From Methanobacteriota archaeon (GTDB taxonomy: Archaea; Thermoplasmatota; Poseidoniia; Poseidoniales; Thalassarchaeaceae): a stretch of 64,000 nucleotides of DNA. The stretch spans positions 683-64,682 of the forward strand of contig JABIGF010000014.1 of the NCBI GenBank assembly GCA_018650285.1, written 5' to 3'. A model generated the notes under the pieces. That model did no database searches. It had not been told where the DNA came from and saw only the letters and a program-made list of their open reading frames with translations. How positions within the stretch are numbered: the stretch's first letter is position 1; each line of letters opens with the position of its first letter. The position numbers and the translations under genes were made by a program. Positions 28,462 through 37,819 of this stretch are shown in pieces.

Positions 28462-30636
28462 TTGTCAGGCGAGGGGCAACAGCGAGGAGGTGGAAAAATG
28501 AAGGGGCAAATGAGCAGTTTTGATGTCGCTAGAATTGTCGCTGAACTGCGCCCATACATTGGTTCACGCGCTCGGAAATCATATCATCCTCATTGGGAAC
28601 AAGTTGTACTACGTCTCAATCCAAAAGAAGAAGCGCAGGTCGACTTGGTTGTAGTGCGCGGTAAGAGAATATACCTATCACGACGGGATAGGCCAATGCC
28701 TCCAAACCCTTCCTCATTCTCTATGCTTCTACGTAAACACTTGATGAATGGACGATTTGTTGATGTGCGACAACACTCTTTTGACCGTATAATAACTCTT
28801 GATTTTGAAACTAGAGATGGGATTCGAAGTCTAGTTATTGAAATGTTTCGCGACGGCAATGTATTGCTTCTTGACTCTGAAGGAGTCATTATTCAGCCGC
28901 TAACTAATGTAAAATATGCAAAAAGGGTGTTGAAGCGAGGTGAAATCTATGAATTTCCGCCTGCACAAATTGATCCAAGAACTCTATCTGTGAAAGAATT
29001 AGTTCCACTACTAGCAGATAGTGATGCAGACATTGTCCGAACTTTAGCAAGCAGAGCAAATCTTGCAGGCACTTATGCTGAAGCCATCTGTGAAATTGCT
29101 GAGATTTCTGCTGACCGTTTAGCTGCTGACCTAGAAGAAGATGACATTGAAGCCTTGATTGAAGGCCTGCATTCACTAACTAGGCAACTCGATAATGGCA
29201 GTGGTGGTCACCTTCTGATGGAAAATGAGGCTAAAGCGAAATTATCTGAAGCAGGTGCAAATGCGTTAGCGCGCGACCAAGTATTTGATGAACATGCCAG
29301 TGAAGCGTTACCATTTTTATTGCCTGCAAATAATGACGGGTATTCAATTGAATTCCCTACTCTAGCTGCTGCGGTAGATGCAATGAAAGGCGGCTGGGAT
29401 GCAACGGCGATGGCTCGCCGCCTACAAGAAAAGGCGGCGCAAATGGTTGATGAGCGTCAACAACGAGACGATGGAAGTTCACTTGAGCGCCGCTTGGCTC
29501 AGCAAGAAAGAGCCATTATCGGTTTTGAAGCAAAAGGTGCATCCCAACAACAACTTGGAATCTCAATTCAAGATAATTGGGGCCATATTGATACTCTCCT
29601 CTCTCAAACTTTGTCAGCAATAGAAGCCGACGGGTGGGATAGCATTAGAGGAAAAGTTCGCAGCATAGAATGGATAGAATCACTTGACCCTGCCAAACGA
29701 ACAATGAAGGCATATCTACCTGATGAAAATGGCGAGCCAGACCAAAGAATTGAGTTGTATCTTGACCAGTCAGTACACCAAAATGCGCAACGGTATTTTG
29801 ATGCTGGACGGAAACAAAAGGACAAGACGATTGGTGCAAAAAGGGCAATTGAAGAGACACGCACTAAAATCGCTAGCAGTGAAAAGAAACGGGCAAAGGC
29901 TGACGCTGCCGGAAAACTTCACGCTACCAAGAGAAGCAAGCAGTTGTGGATAGAGAGACACCGATGGGCGGTAGTCGGAGAAGGACACCTCATTTTGGGA
30001 GGGAAGGATGCCAAAGGAAACGATGCGGTGGTGAACAAATACCTCAAGCGAGAAGACCTCTATTTCCACGCCGACTTACACGGCGCACCATCTTGTGCAC
30101 TCAAACTCAAAGAGGGACTTGAGACTGACCCACATCCTCTACCAGGATTACCCGACGGCGTCCCAGCATTACGTTTAACTCAAACATTTGAGACAGAAGA
30201 ATTCTCTGAAAAATGCATCAAAGAGGCTGCTGAGTTGGCAGTTGTTTGGAGCCGCGGTTGGTCTGGAGGCGGGGCAGCAGCGACTGCATTTTGGGTTGAA
30301 CCACCTCAAGTTAGCAAGACTGCAGAAACAGGTGAAGCACTTGGCCGAGGAGCGTGGATTGTGCGCGGAAAGCGCAATTGGTTACGCGATTTGACCATGG
30401 AGATGACCTTGGGGATGGCGGTCATCAACGGGATTCCACTACCACTTGTTGGATCTCATGATGCCGTTACAAAATGGTGCGAGCGCTGGGTCAGAATTGG
30501 CACTGGTACAGTCAAGAAAGAAGCGATGGCAAACAAAATTTCCAAGGCAACCGGTCTAGTTCAGGACGATGTCTTGGCCGCTTTACCGCCAGGAAATGTA
30601 CAAATTCTCAAAGACTACAACTTGTTAAAAGCATAA
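28462..30636 (+). CDS. rqcH: Ribosome quality-control protein RqcH/Rqc2 (NEMF/FbpA family)
   Basis: Motifs MSSFDV, FSMLLRKHL, FDRII, NAQRYF, GGKDA..ND, FHADLHGAPS and QVSKTAETGEAL..GAWIVRGKRN. Alternative ATG start at 28498. Confidence 0.93.
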   Translation: MSGEGQQRGGGKMKGQMSSFDVARIVAELRPYIGSRARKSYHPHWEQVVLRLNPKEEAQVDLVVVRGKRIYLSRRDRPMPPNPSSFSMLLRKHLMNGRFVDVRQHSFDRIITLDFETRDGIRSLVIEMFRDGNVLLLDSEGVIIQPLTNVKYAKRVLKRGEIYEFPPAQIDPRTLSVKELVPLLADSDADIVRTLASRANLAGTYAEAICEIAEISADRLAADLEEDDIEALIEGLHSLTRQLDNGSGGHLLMENEAKAKLSEAGANALARDQVFDEHASEALPFLLPANNDGYSIEFPTLAAAVDAMKGGWDATAMARRLQEKAAQMVDERQQRDDGSSLERRLAQQERAIIGFEAKGASQQQLGISIQDNWGHIDTLLSQTLSAIEADGWDSIRGKVRSIEWIESLDPAKRTMKAYLPDENGEPDQRIELYLDQSVHQNAQRYFDAGRKQKDKTIGAKRAIEETRTKIASSEKKRAKADAAGKLHATKRSKQLWIERHRWAVVGEGHLILGGKDAKGNDAVVNKYLKREDLYFHADLHGAPSCALKLKEGLETDPHPLPGLPDGVPALRLTQTFETEEFSEKCIKEAAELAVVWSRGWSGGGAAATAFWVEPPQVSKTAETGEALGRGAWIVRGKRNWLRDLTMEMTLGMAVINGIPLPLVGSHDAVTKWCERWVRIGTGTVKKEAMANKISKATGLVQDDVLAALPPGNVQILKDYNLLKA

Positions 30637-30683
30637 AAAACATAAAAAAAACCACCATTTGGAGCATTAAGGGAAGTGATGAT

Positions 30684-32435
30684 ATGAGGACTATTTCATT
30701 TTTCATATCAATAATATTCATTACCATGTTATTGTTTTCACAATTACCTGAAGACCATTTGGAATCTAAAGTGTTAACATCAGTGTATTCCAATGAATAT
30801 GATGGATACTATGTTAATTTAACAGATGTCAGCATTGTAGATTTACATTCAGAATTAAATGAATTAATATCAACAAGTCACACAAAAATATACTATGTAG
30901 ATAATTGGGACCATATTGCCGAATTTCATAAATCACCTTATGATGAAGGTAATATCACATTATTTTACACACAAAGGTCACATGATAGTAATGATTCTAG
31001 ATGGTATGATGGGGGTACACTAATTGGAAACGATGATTCTTGGAATCGTGAACATATTTGGCCTAAGTCTCATGGTGATTTCACTACAGATGATATTGTT
31101 GGAACAGATCTTCATAATATAGTCCCTACAGACTATTCAGTTAACTACGATAGGTGGGCAAAGGATTTTGGTGAAGCTAGTACCCCTCACAATGAATGTT
31201 CTGGATGCTATTATGCAGATTATATTTGGGAACCACCAAATATTGTCAAGGGCGATGTGGCGAGAATTTTATTTTACATGGATGTCAGGTATGAGGGTTT
31301 AGGAGATGAACCCTCATTAGAATTAGTTGACAAAACATCAACATATCCTACATCGTCATCTGGAAAAACTGAGTTGGGAAAACTTTGCACGATGTATCAA
31401 TGGCATGTGTTAGACCCTGTAGATAGCAGAGAACTTGAAAGAAATATGGCAATATTTGAGATTCAAGGAAACCGCAACCCATTCATTGATTATTCTGATT
31501 TTGTAATGGATATTTGGGGTGCAGATTGTGATTCAGATTTTGACAATGACGGCCTTTGGGGTATTGAAGATTCGGATGATGATAATGATGGTGTAGATGA
31601 TAACAATGATTCCTGCCTCAGAACAATTATTTCAAACGAAAGTGTGAACGATGACGGTTGTGGCCTTTATGAATTGGATTCTGATGGAGACGGATACACT
31701 GATGATGTTGATGCATTTGTCAATGACATCAGTCAATGGGCTGATTCAGATAGTGATGGATGTGGAGATAATTTAGAGGGGAACAATTCAGACTCACTGC
31801 CTAATGACCCCTCTGAATGTAATGATTCAGATGGAGATGGAATCGGTGACAATTCTGATTCATGCCCTGGTTTTGATGATGCAATTGATGTAGATTCGGA
31901 TAATGTTTCTGATGGTTGTGATGATTTTATTGACAGTGATAATGATGGAGTCATTGATGAAAATGATGATTGTGAAAATACACCATTAGGAATACAAACA
32001 ACACCAAATGGTTGCAACTTAATATTCAATTCAAATAATAACCCCAGTGGTGAATCAAAATTCCCAGTGATTGGAATATCAATCGTATTGTTGATTGTCC
32101 TGATAGCTATTGTATCCATCACAGTTGTTAGATCAAATCCGAATTTACTTCAAAACATATTCAATAAAGACACCACAGAAATTACACCATCAACTAAACC
32201 AGAACCGCCCAAACATTGGTCGGATGATGAGGGGAATAATTTCCGTAAAATGGGAGATAACCCTGTTCAAATTTGGGATGATGATGAAAAAATTTGGAAT
32301 ACTTTTGAAAGCGAAATTAAGAAACCTGAACTGCCAAAACATTGGTCAGATGGTGAATTTAATTATAGACAGATTGCAGGCGGACCAATACAAAAATGGG
32401 ATGATAATAACAAAAAATGGGATTCTGAGGGCTAA
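30684..32435 (+). CDS. Membrane-anchored extracellular endonuclease I family nuclease with TSP3-like Ca-binding repeats
   Basis: Signal peptide; WNREHIWPKS, DLHNIVP, GDVARILFYMDVRY and QGNRNPF; DxDxDG repeats; TM segment; duplicated Trp-rich tail. Confidence 0.88.
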   Translation: MRTISFFISIIFITMLLFSQLPEDHLESKVLTSVYSNEYDGYYVNLTDVSIVDLHSELNELISTSHTKIYYVDNWDHIAEFHKSPYDEGNITLFYTQRSHDSNDSRWYDGGTLIGNDDSWNREHIWPKSHGDFTTDDIVGTDLHNIVPTDYSVNYDRWAKDFGEASTPHNECSGCYYADYIWEPPNIVKGDVARILFYMDVRYEGLGDEPSLELVDKTSTYPTSSSGKTELGKLCTMYQWHVLDPVDSRELERNMAIFEIQGNRNPFIDYSDFVMDIWGADCDSDFDNDGLWGIEDSDDDNDGVDDNNDSCLRTIISNESVNDDGCGLYELDSDGDGYTDDVDAFVNDISQWADSDSDGCGDNLEGNNSDSLPNDPSECNDSDGDGIGDNSDSCPGFDDAIDVDSDNVSDGCDDFIDSDNDGVIDENDDCENTPLGIQTTPNGCNLIFNSNNNPSGESKFPVIGISIVLLIVLIAIVSITVVRSNPNLLQNIFNKDTTEITPSTKPEPPKHWSDDEGNNFRKMGDNPVQIWDDDEKIWNTFESEIKKPELPKHWSDGEFNYRQIAGGPIQKWDDNNKKWDSEG

Positions 32436-32492
32436 AATAACTATCTAGCACGAGGATTATATTAAAATAATATATAATTACTCCATTTATTC

Positions 32493-35402
32493 ATGCGCGG
32501 AATAGTGAAAGTAGTTTGCCAATTATCATGTCTTATGATATTTGTATTAATGTTGGCACCCTCTGCTACGGCTGAACCAAATGATACAGCGAGTGGAGCG
32601 ACAATTATCGGAACTGGAACTACATATTCATATGTTTGTTGGGATGATGATTGCTCATATGGAATAGACCATTATGATTATTACAAATTTTATGTATATT
32701 ATGGCGATGACGTTACTGTTTATGTTCAAAATACCTGTGACATAGATTATGTTAACGTATATTCAAAAATCTATGCTAATAACGGATGGGAAAGTGACTA
32801 CAGGCTAGGTACCGGCGGATATACATCATGCGGTTCTCCAACTGCTGTAACGTACGACTGGACACATACTGGTACCAATGGATATAGGTATGTGAAAATC
32901 ACGGGCATAGATGACGATGCCTCCTTTAACGGAGATGACCAAGCCAAAGTGAAGATTGTATTATCTATTGATTCCTCTGATCGAGATCGTGATTATGATG
33001 GATACGATGACGATGTTGATGATTGCAAATATGATGATGGTGATTCATATCAAGATAGAAATGGTTGCCCAGATTCTGATAGTGATGGTTGGTCAGATTA
33101 TGGAGATGATTGTCCCAATGATTACTATGAACATTTAGATACAGATGGGGACGGACATTGTGATGGAGACGATGAATTTCCAAATGATGATACCCAATGG
33201 GAGGATTATGATGGCGATAACCATGGAGATAATTCAGATGGAAACCAAGGAGACCACTTCCCCTACGATAACACACAATGGTATGACACAGATGACGATG
33301 GTTATGGTGACAACTCTGATGGAAATAATCCAGACCACTGTAGATTCGTAGAAGGATATAGTTCTCAAGATAGAAACGGTTGTCCTGATACTGATGGGGA
33401 TGGATATAGCAACCCAGATTCTACATTCCCTGCACATCCAATTGGAATTGCTGATGCATTCATATATGATTGGAATGAATGGAATGATACCGATAGTGAC
33501 GATTATGGAGATAATTCAGACCAATGTATAGAAGTTGAAGGAACTAGTGCATTCAAGGTGTTTCATAGAATTTGGAATGGGACATCAGAAGTAGGACCAT
33601 TAGCGATAGAAGTAGTTTCGTGGGACCATTATGGTGGAGATGCTAAAGATTTGACTGATATTATTTATTCACAAATGACTTTAGAAGAACTTGAAGAAGC
33701 AACAGAAATCTTAGAATATCTGAATTTTGATTATACGCCTCGAAACGATAACCCTTACCCTCTTGGTGCTGGTTCAAATTACTACTTCCAACATTACCCT
33801 GGATGTATTGATTCTGATGGAGACGGATTTGAAGATGATACCGATCATTTCCCCCAAGACTCAACTCAATGGGTTGATTCAGATGGCGACGGTTTTGGAG
33901 ACAATGCCATGCATCCAGCACTTGTAAATTATGACCCATCTAATTGCATGAATGAGATAAGAAATGCAATCAATAATGGAGAATATCAAACAAGCGCAAA
34001 AGGAATAGATGTGCTATTATGTGTGGCATGGGGTGCAGAAAATGATTTCATTGCAATTATGGACGAAGATTATGTTTGTGATAACGGCAACACCATTCCT
34101 CAAAGATGGGTTAATGATGAATGGGATGATTGTGGAGATAATTCAGATGAGGGTGTAGATGATTATGATTCTTTATTCAATCCAAACTCTAGATATTTTC
34201 ACCATCAAGATTATGATATCGGCTGGGCCATTCCTGGTGCATTTCAAAGCGATGATTGCCCCTTAGATTCGGGAACAAGCACAATGGATAGATTTGGATG
34301 TCTTGACACCGATGGTGACGGATATAGTGATGCTGACGCAAATTGGGCCATTGAGGATGGGGCTGATGCTTGGCCTATTGATTCTAGCCAATATTCCGAT
34401 ACCGATGGAGATGGGTATGGAGATAATTCAGCAGGTACACAGGGCGACTCTTGTCCGTTTGGGGATAGCACACAATCCTCTACAATAGACAGATGGGGTT
34501 GCACTGATACTGATGGAGATGGGTATAGTGACGCTGACGGCGGATGGTTAGCACACCCTGATGGTTCTGCAGATGCTTTCCCCAACGATGACACACAATG
34601 GCATGACATAGATGGAGACAGGCACGGAGATAACGCTGATGGAACCGATTATGATCATTTTACTATTGACCCTACACAATGGAAAGATGAAGATGGAGAT
34701 GGATTGAATAAATCTGAATCAACATCTCATTGTGGCGATGATGTAAACGGAAATAATCCCGATTTATATCCAAACGACCCTACTCAATGTAAAGATACTG
34801 ATGGGGATGGATTTGGAGATAACTCCGAAGGAACCACAATGCCTGATTTGTTCCCTCTTGATGCCACTCAATGGAGTGATATTGATGGAGATGGTTATGG
34901 AGATAATGGTATTGGAAACAATTCTGATTCATGTATTAGCAACTATGGGACATCAACTGTGGATAGATACGGATGTCCTGACTCAGATTCTGATGGCTAC
35001 AGTGACATGAATGGATTCTTTGCAACTGTCACAGATAAAGCAGGAAAGGGTGATATCGGTTCAATTTTGACTTTGGCTATTGTCCCATTCCTAGCAATTA
35101 TCATTATTACTGTTTTACAAATTTCTAAAAAGAAGAAAAATGATGATGGATTAAATCGAGATGATATCCATGAGGCAATGCAGGATGCTGTTGCATGGGG
35201 TCTTGATGAAGCAGCATATCAATCAACTGCATCTACATCTAGCCAACCACCACGAGCAGAAATGCCACCACCTAGTAATGAAAGGGCTTTACCACCAAAT
35301 TCAAACCAAGGTGATTCTGGAGAATGGATTGAGCAATATGACCAGCAAGGAAATATGTATTACTTCAACCCAGAAACACAAGAATCAAAATGGGAATTAT
35401 AA
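32493..35402 (+). CDS. Surface protein with a PPC-like domain, many TSP3-like repeats, an LDLa-like motif, a TM segment and a C-terminal WW domain
   Basis: Signal peptide; EPND...DYYKF; repeated DRxGCPDTDGDGYSD and DxTQWxDxDGDGxGDN; CDNGNTIPQRWVNDEWDDCGDNSDE; WIEQYDQQGNMYYFNPETQESKWE. Confidence 0.82.
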   Translation: MRGIVKVVCQLSCLMIFVLMLAPSATAEPNDTASGATIIGTGTTYSYVCWDDDCSYGIDHYDYYKFYVYYGDDVTVYVQNTCDIDYVNVYSKIYANNGWESDYRLGTGGYTSCGSPTAVTYDWTHTGTNGYRYVKITGIDDDASFNGDDQAKVKIVLSIDSSDRDRDYDGYDDDVDDCKYDDGDSYQDRNGCPDSDSDGWSDYGDDCPNDYYEHLDTDGDGHCDGDDEFPNDDTQWEDYDGDNHGDNSDGNQGDHFPYDNTQWYDTDDDGYGDNSDGNNPDHCRFVEGYSSQDRNGCPDTDGDGYSNPDSTFPAHPIGIADAFIYDWNEWNDTDSDDYGDNSDQCIEVEGTSAFKVFHRIWNGTSEVGPLAIEVVSWDHYGGDAKDLTDIIYSQMTLEELEEATEILEYLNFDYTPRNDNPYPLGAGSNYYFQHYPGCIDSDGDGFEDDTDHFPQDSTQWVDSDGDGFGDNAMHPALVNYDPSNCMNEIRNAINNGEYQTSAKGIDVLLCVAWGAENDFIAIMDEDYVCDNGNTIPQRWVNDEWDDCGDNSDEGVDDYDSLFNPNSRYFHHQDYDIGWAIPGAFQSDDCPLDSGTSTMDRFGCLDTDGDGYSDADANWAIEDGADAWPIDSSQYSDTDGDGYGDNSAGTQGDSCPFGDSTQSSTIDRWGCTDTDGDGYSDADGGWLAHPDGSADAFPNDDTQWHDIDGDRHGDNADGTDYDHFTIDPTQWKDEDGDGLNKSESTSHCGDDVNGNNPDLYPNDPTQCKDTDGDGFGDNSEGTTMPDLFPLDATQWSDIDGDGYGDNGIGNNSDSCISNYGTSTVDRYGCPDSDSDGYSDMNGFFATVTDKAGKGDIGSILTLAIVPFLAIIIITVLQISKKKKNDDGLNRDDIHEAMQDAVAWGLDEAAYQSTASTSSQPPRAEMPPPSNERALPPNSNQGDSGEWIEQYDQQGNMYYFNPETQESKWEL

Positions 35403-35450
35403 TTGAAAACATTCTCTTACGAGATTGTTTGAATTATTTTTCTAGTTTCG

Positions 35451-36563
35451 CTAAGACAAGATGTCGTGTAATCTGTTCTTATCAGCAGCCTTGCGAATGC
35501 ATCTTGCAATACGACGGCCTACGCTCATGTTATCCTCATTGATATTCATGTACGGCGAGCCGCCAATGCTGACGTTACTACCCGCCACAATTCTAGCAGA
35601 TACTTCGAATACTCGGAATTCCAATTTGTCAGTGACGATTGCCTCAAGACAGAATGGTCCTATCATTCCACGTGCACCTTCCTCTAACTCAAGCGAAGCA
35701 GCAACTGCTCCCTCTCCTAGACGAAATGCTTCAGGGAGAAGTGACTCACGCAAAACTACCTCTGCGTTACCAGTCACTACAAATGATGGTTCCAAACCCA
35801 TATCTCTCAAATCTCTGAGTGAACCTAGTTTGTAGAATTCGTCAACATTTGCTTCGTCGCGGCGGTCAATCGTAAGCAATTCTAACCGACCTAGTTCTTG
35901 ACCATCTCTTGACATCATACCTTCAACTTGGTAGCCGTCATCACAAATTGGATCGTAAAAGAATTGCATGTAGTAGCGTGTACCCAAAATGTATTCTTGG
36001 ATTGTAAAATCCTCTTCTAAGTCGACATTACGCCTGAAATCTCTAAAATTTCTAGCTACGAAATAACCTCTGCCGCCTTTGGCACCAGCATATTTTACAA
36101 TAACTGGGCCATCAATATCATGAGGGTCATCAATGAGTTTTGGCATTGTACAACCACCCAATTCTAACCATTCACGCTGAGTATCTCTACCCGCCTCCCA
36201 CTTGAGAATACGGCGATTACCAAAAGTTGGTACTTGTAAGTCAATGAAATTGTCAGGGCCAAGATATTCCACTAGAGATCCGTGTGGAATGATAATGACA
36301 TTACGCTCTCTGAACCATTCTGCTTTGTCTAACATTTGCTTGTAATCATCAAGCATCAACCACTCATCAGGTTCAGCACCAGGGAACGCTTTGAACATCT
36401 TTCGGCGGCCTTCGCCAACAGCAATTCCAAGTGTCCTGAAACCCTCAGCACGAGCGCCATGAAGGATTTGAAGGGCTGAATGAGAAGCGACAACACCTAT
36501 CGTAATCTCATCAGGATTGTATGCGGAAAGCCACTCCGCCAGCTGCCCCGAGGTATCTGCCAT
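35451..36563 (-). CDS. purP: Formate--phosphoribosylaminoimidazolecarboxamide ligase (ATP-grasp)
   Basis: Motifs ASHSALQILHGARAEGF, IPHGSLVEY, GAKGGRGYF, GPFCLE and FEVSARIVAG. Confidence 0.93.
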   Translation of the reverse strand: MADTSGQLAEWLSAYNPDEITIGVVASHSALQILHGARAEGFRTLGIAVGEGRRKMFKAFPGAEPDEWLMLDDYKQMLDKAEWFRERNVIIIPHGSLVEYLGPDNFIDLQVPTFGNRRILKWEAGRDTQREWLELGGCTMPKLIDDPHDIDGPVIVKYAGAKGGRGYFVARNFRDFRRNVDLEEDFTIQEYILGTRYYMQFFYDPICDDGYQVEGMMSRDGQELGRLELLTIDRRDEANVDEFYKLGSLRDLRDMGLEPSFVVTGNAEVVLRESLLPEAFRLGEGAVAASLELEEGARGMIGPFCLEAIVTDKLEFRVFEVSARIVAGSNVSIGGSPYMNINEDNMSVGRRIARCIRKAADKNRLHDILS

Positions 36564-36650
36564 TAGGAATGGGTGATAGGTCCACTAAATGAGCGTAACG
36601 CTTTAACTGCCTTAGAACCAACTAATGCACAGAGATAACATGAGGGAAGA

Positions 36651-36672
36651 GTTAGTTAAGTGAGTGACTAAC
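36651..36672. promoter_or_regulatory. Inverted repeat upstream of kynA (candidate operator)
   Basis: GTTAGTTA-N6-TGACTAAC (7 of 8 positions complementary), ending 8 nt before the kynA ATG. Confidence 0.4.
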
Positions 36673-36680
36673 GAAAGTCT

Positions 36681-37739
36681 ATGGGCGGAAGTAAAACCTA
36701 TGCTGATTATCTAGACTTACACACACTGTTAAGCCTACAGGGCGATGATTCTAAACTCTCTAATGATGAACAACATTTCATTATCGTTCACCAAAATTTC
36801 GAACTTTGGTTCCGCCTTGTACTGATTGAGTTGCGCGCTGCTAGAACCCTACTCCTCCAACCAACTCTTCCTGAAGAAGATGTACCGCGTATTGTTCACC
36901 ACCTCAAGCGATGCACCGAAATTTTCCGCTTAATGACAAGCCAATGGAAAGTTATGGAGACTATGACTCCTCAAGATTTCTTAGCATTCCGAGATGGACT
37001 AGGCACTGCTTCTGGTTTTGAATCATACCAGATGCGAGAATTAGAACTACTACTCGGTCTAAAACAAAGCCAACGTGTTGGCGAAATGGACCCTCTTGGC
37101 CACTTCCGCAAATTGGCCGAACGTGGTGGCCCTGATGCTGAAGTTTTGAAGAAATTAGAAGCGGAATCAGCAATTCCAGCCTTAGGCGAAATTCTTGCCA
37201 CATGGTTATCACGAACACCAATTCAAGGTTCTGTTGCCGGCTCAGATAACGACGATGACATGGTAAAACAATTTGTCAATGAATATCTAGCAGCCCACAA
37301 AAAAGTGGGTGATGACACTGTTGCTAGAATGACAGGACATGGAGTCAATAACATGGTTGCTGTTGAAGAAAGATTCGCTTTTGCCCACCAAGCCGCAATA
37401 GATTTCCTAATGCCTGATGGTGAAATTTCACGCCCTCGTGCCGGTCTATTGTTCATCGAATCATACCGCAACCTACCTCTCTTGACTTGGCCAAGAATAT
37501 TAATTGATACACTCGTTGAACTTGAGGAATCATTAGTTCTCTTCCGCACCCATCACGTACGCATGGTTGAGAGGATGATTGGACGCCGAGTTGGCTCAGG
37601 AGGCTCTTCAGGAGTTGACTATCTTGAAGCGACACTCAAATACCGAGTCTTTGGTGACCTTTGGGCAGTTCGAACAATGCTCATCAAGCAAGAGAGGTTG
37701 CCTGAATTGAAGAACCCTGATTTCTACGGCTTTGCATAA
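36681..37739 (+). CDS. kynA: Tryptophan 2,3-dioxygenase
   Basis: Motifs YADYLDL..LL.LQ, FIIVHQNFELWF, FR..LGTASGFESYQ and HVRMVERMIG.R.GSGGSSGVDYL. Confidence 0.94.
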   Translation: MGGSKTYADYLDLHTLLSLQGDDSKLSNDEQHFIIVHQNFELWFRLVLIELRAARTLLLQPTLPEEDVPRIVHHLKRCTEIFRLMTSQWKVMETMTPQDFLAFRDGLGTASGFESYQMRELELLLGLKQSQRVGEMDPLGHFRKLAERGGPDAEVLKKLEAESAIPALGEILATWLSRTPIQGSVAGSDNDDDMVKQFVNEYLAAHKKVGDDTVARMTGHGVNNMVAVEERFAFAHQAAIDFLMPDGEISRPRAGLLFIESYRNLPLLTWPRILIDTLVELEESLVLFRTHHVRMVERMIGRRVGSGGSSGVDYLEATLKYRVFGDLWAVRTMLIKQERLPELKNPDFYGFA

Positions 37740-37819
37740 ACAAAAACAAATATTTGCACTCAATCATTCTGATTGGTTTGGGGTATTCTTCAAAGGGTGG
37801 ATGCCGGCACGGCTATTCA

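Noticed and set aside
30474..30683. N-terminal extension of the nuclease overlapping rqcH (possible frameshift fusion)
   Set aside because: rqcH ends normally and the signal peptide starts at ATG 30684. The overlap is best explained as an incidental open frame.
31540..35010. CRISPR-like or tandem DNA repeats (GATGGAGATGG-type recurrences)
   Set aside because: The repeats are degenerate, in frame and encode DxDGDG Ca-binding motifs. There is no constant repeat-spacer period and no cas genes.
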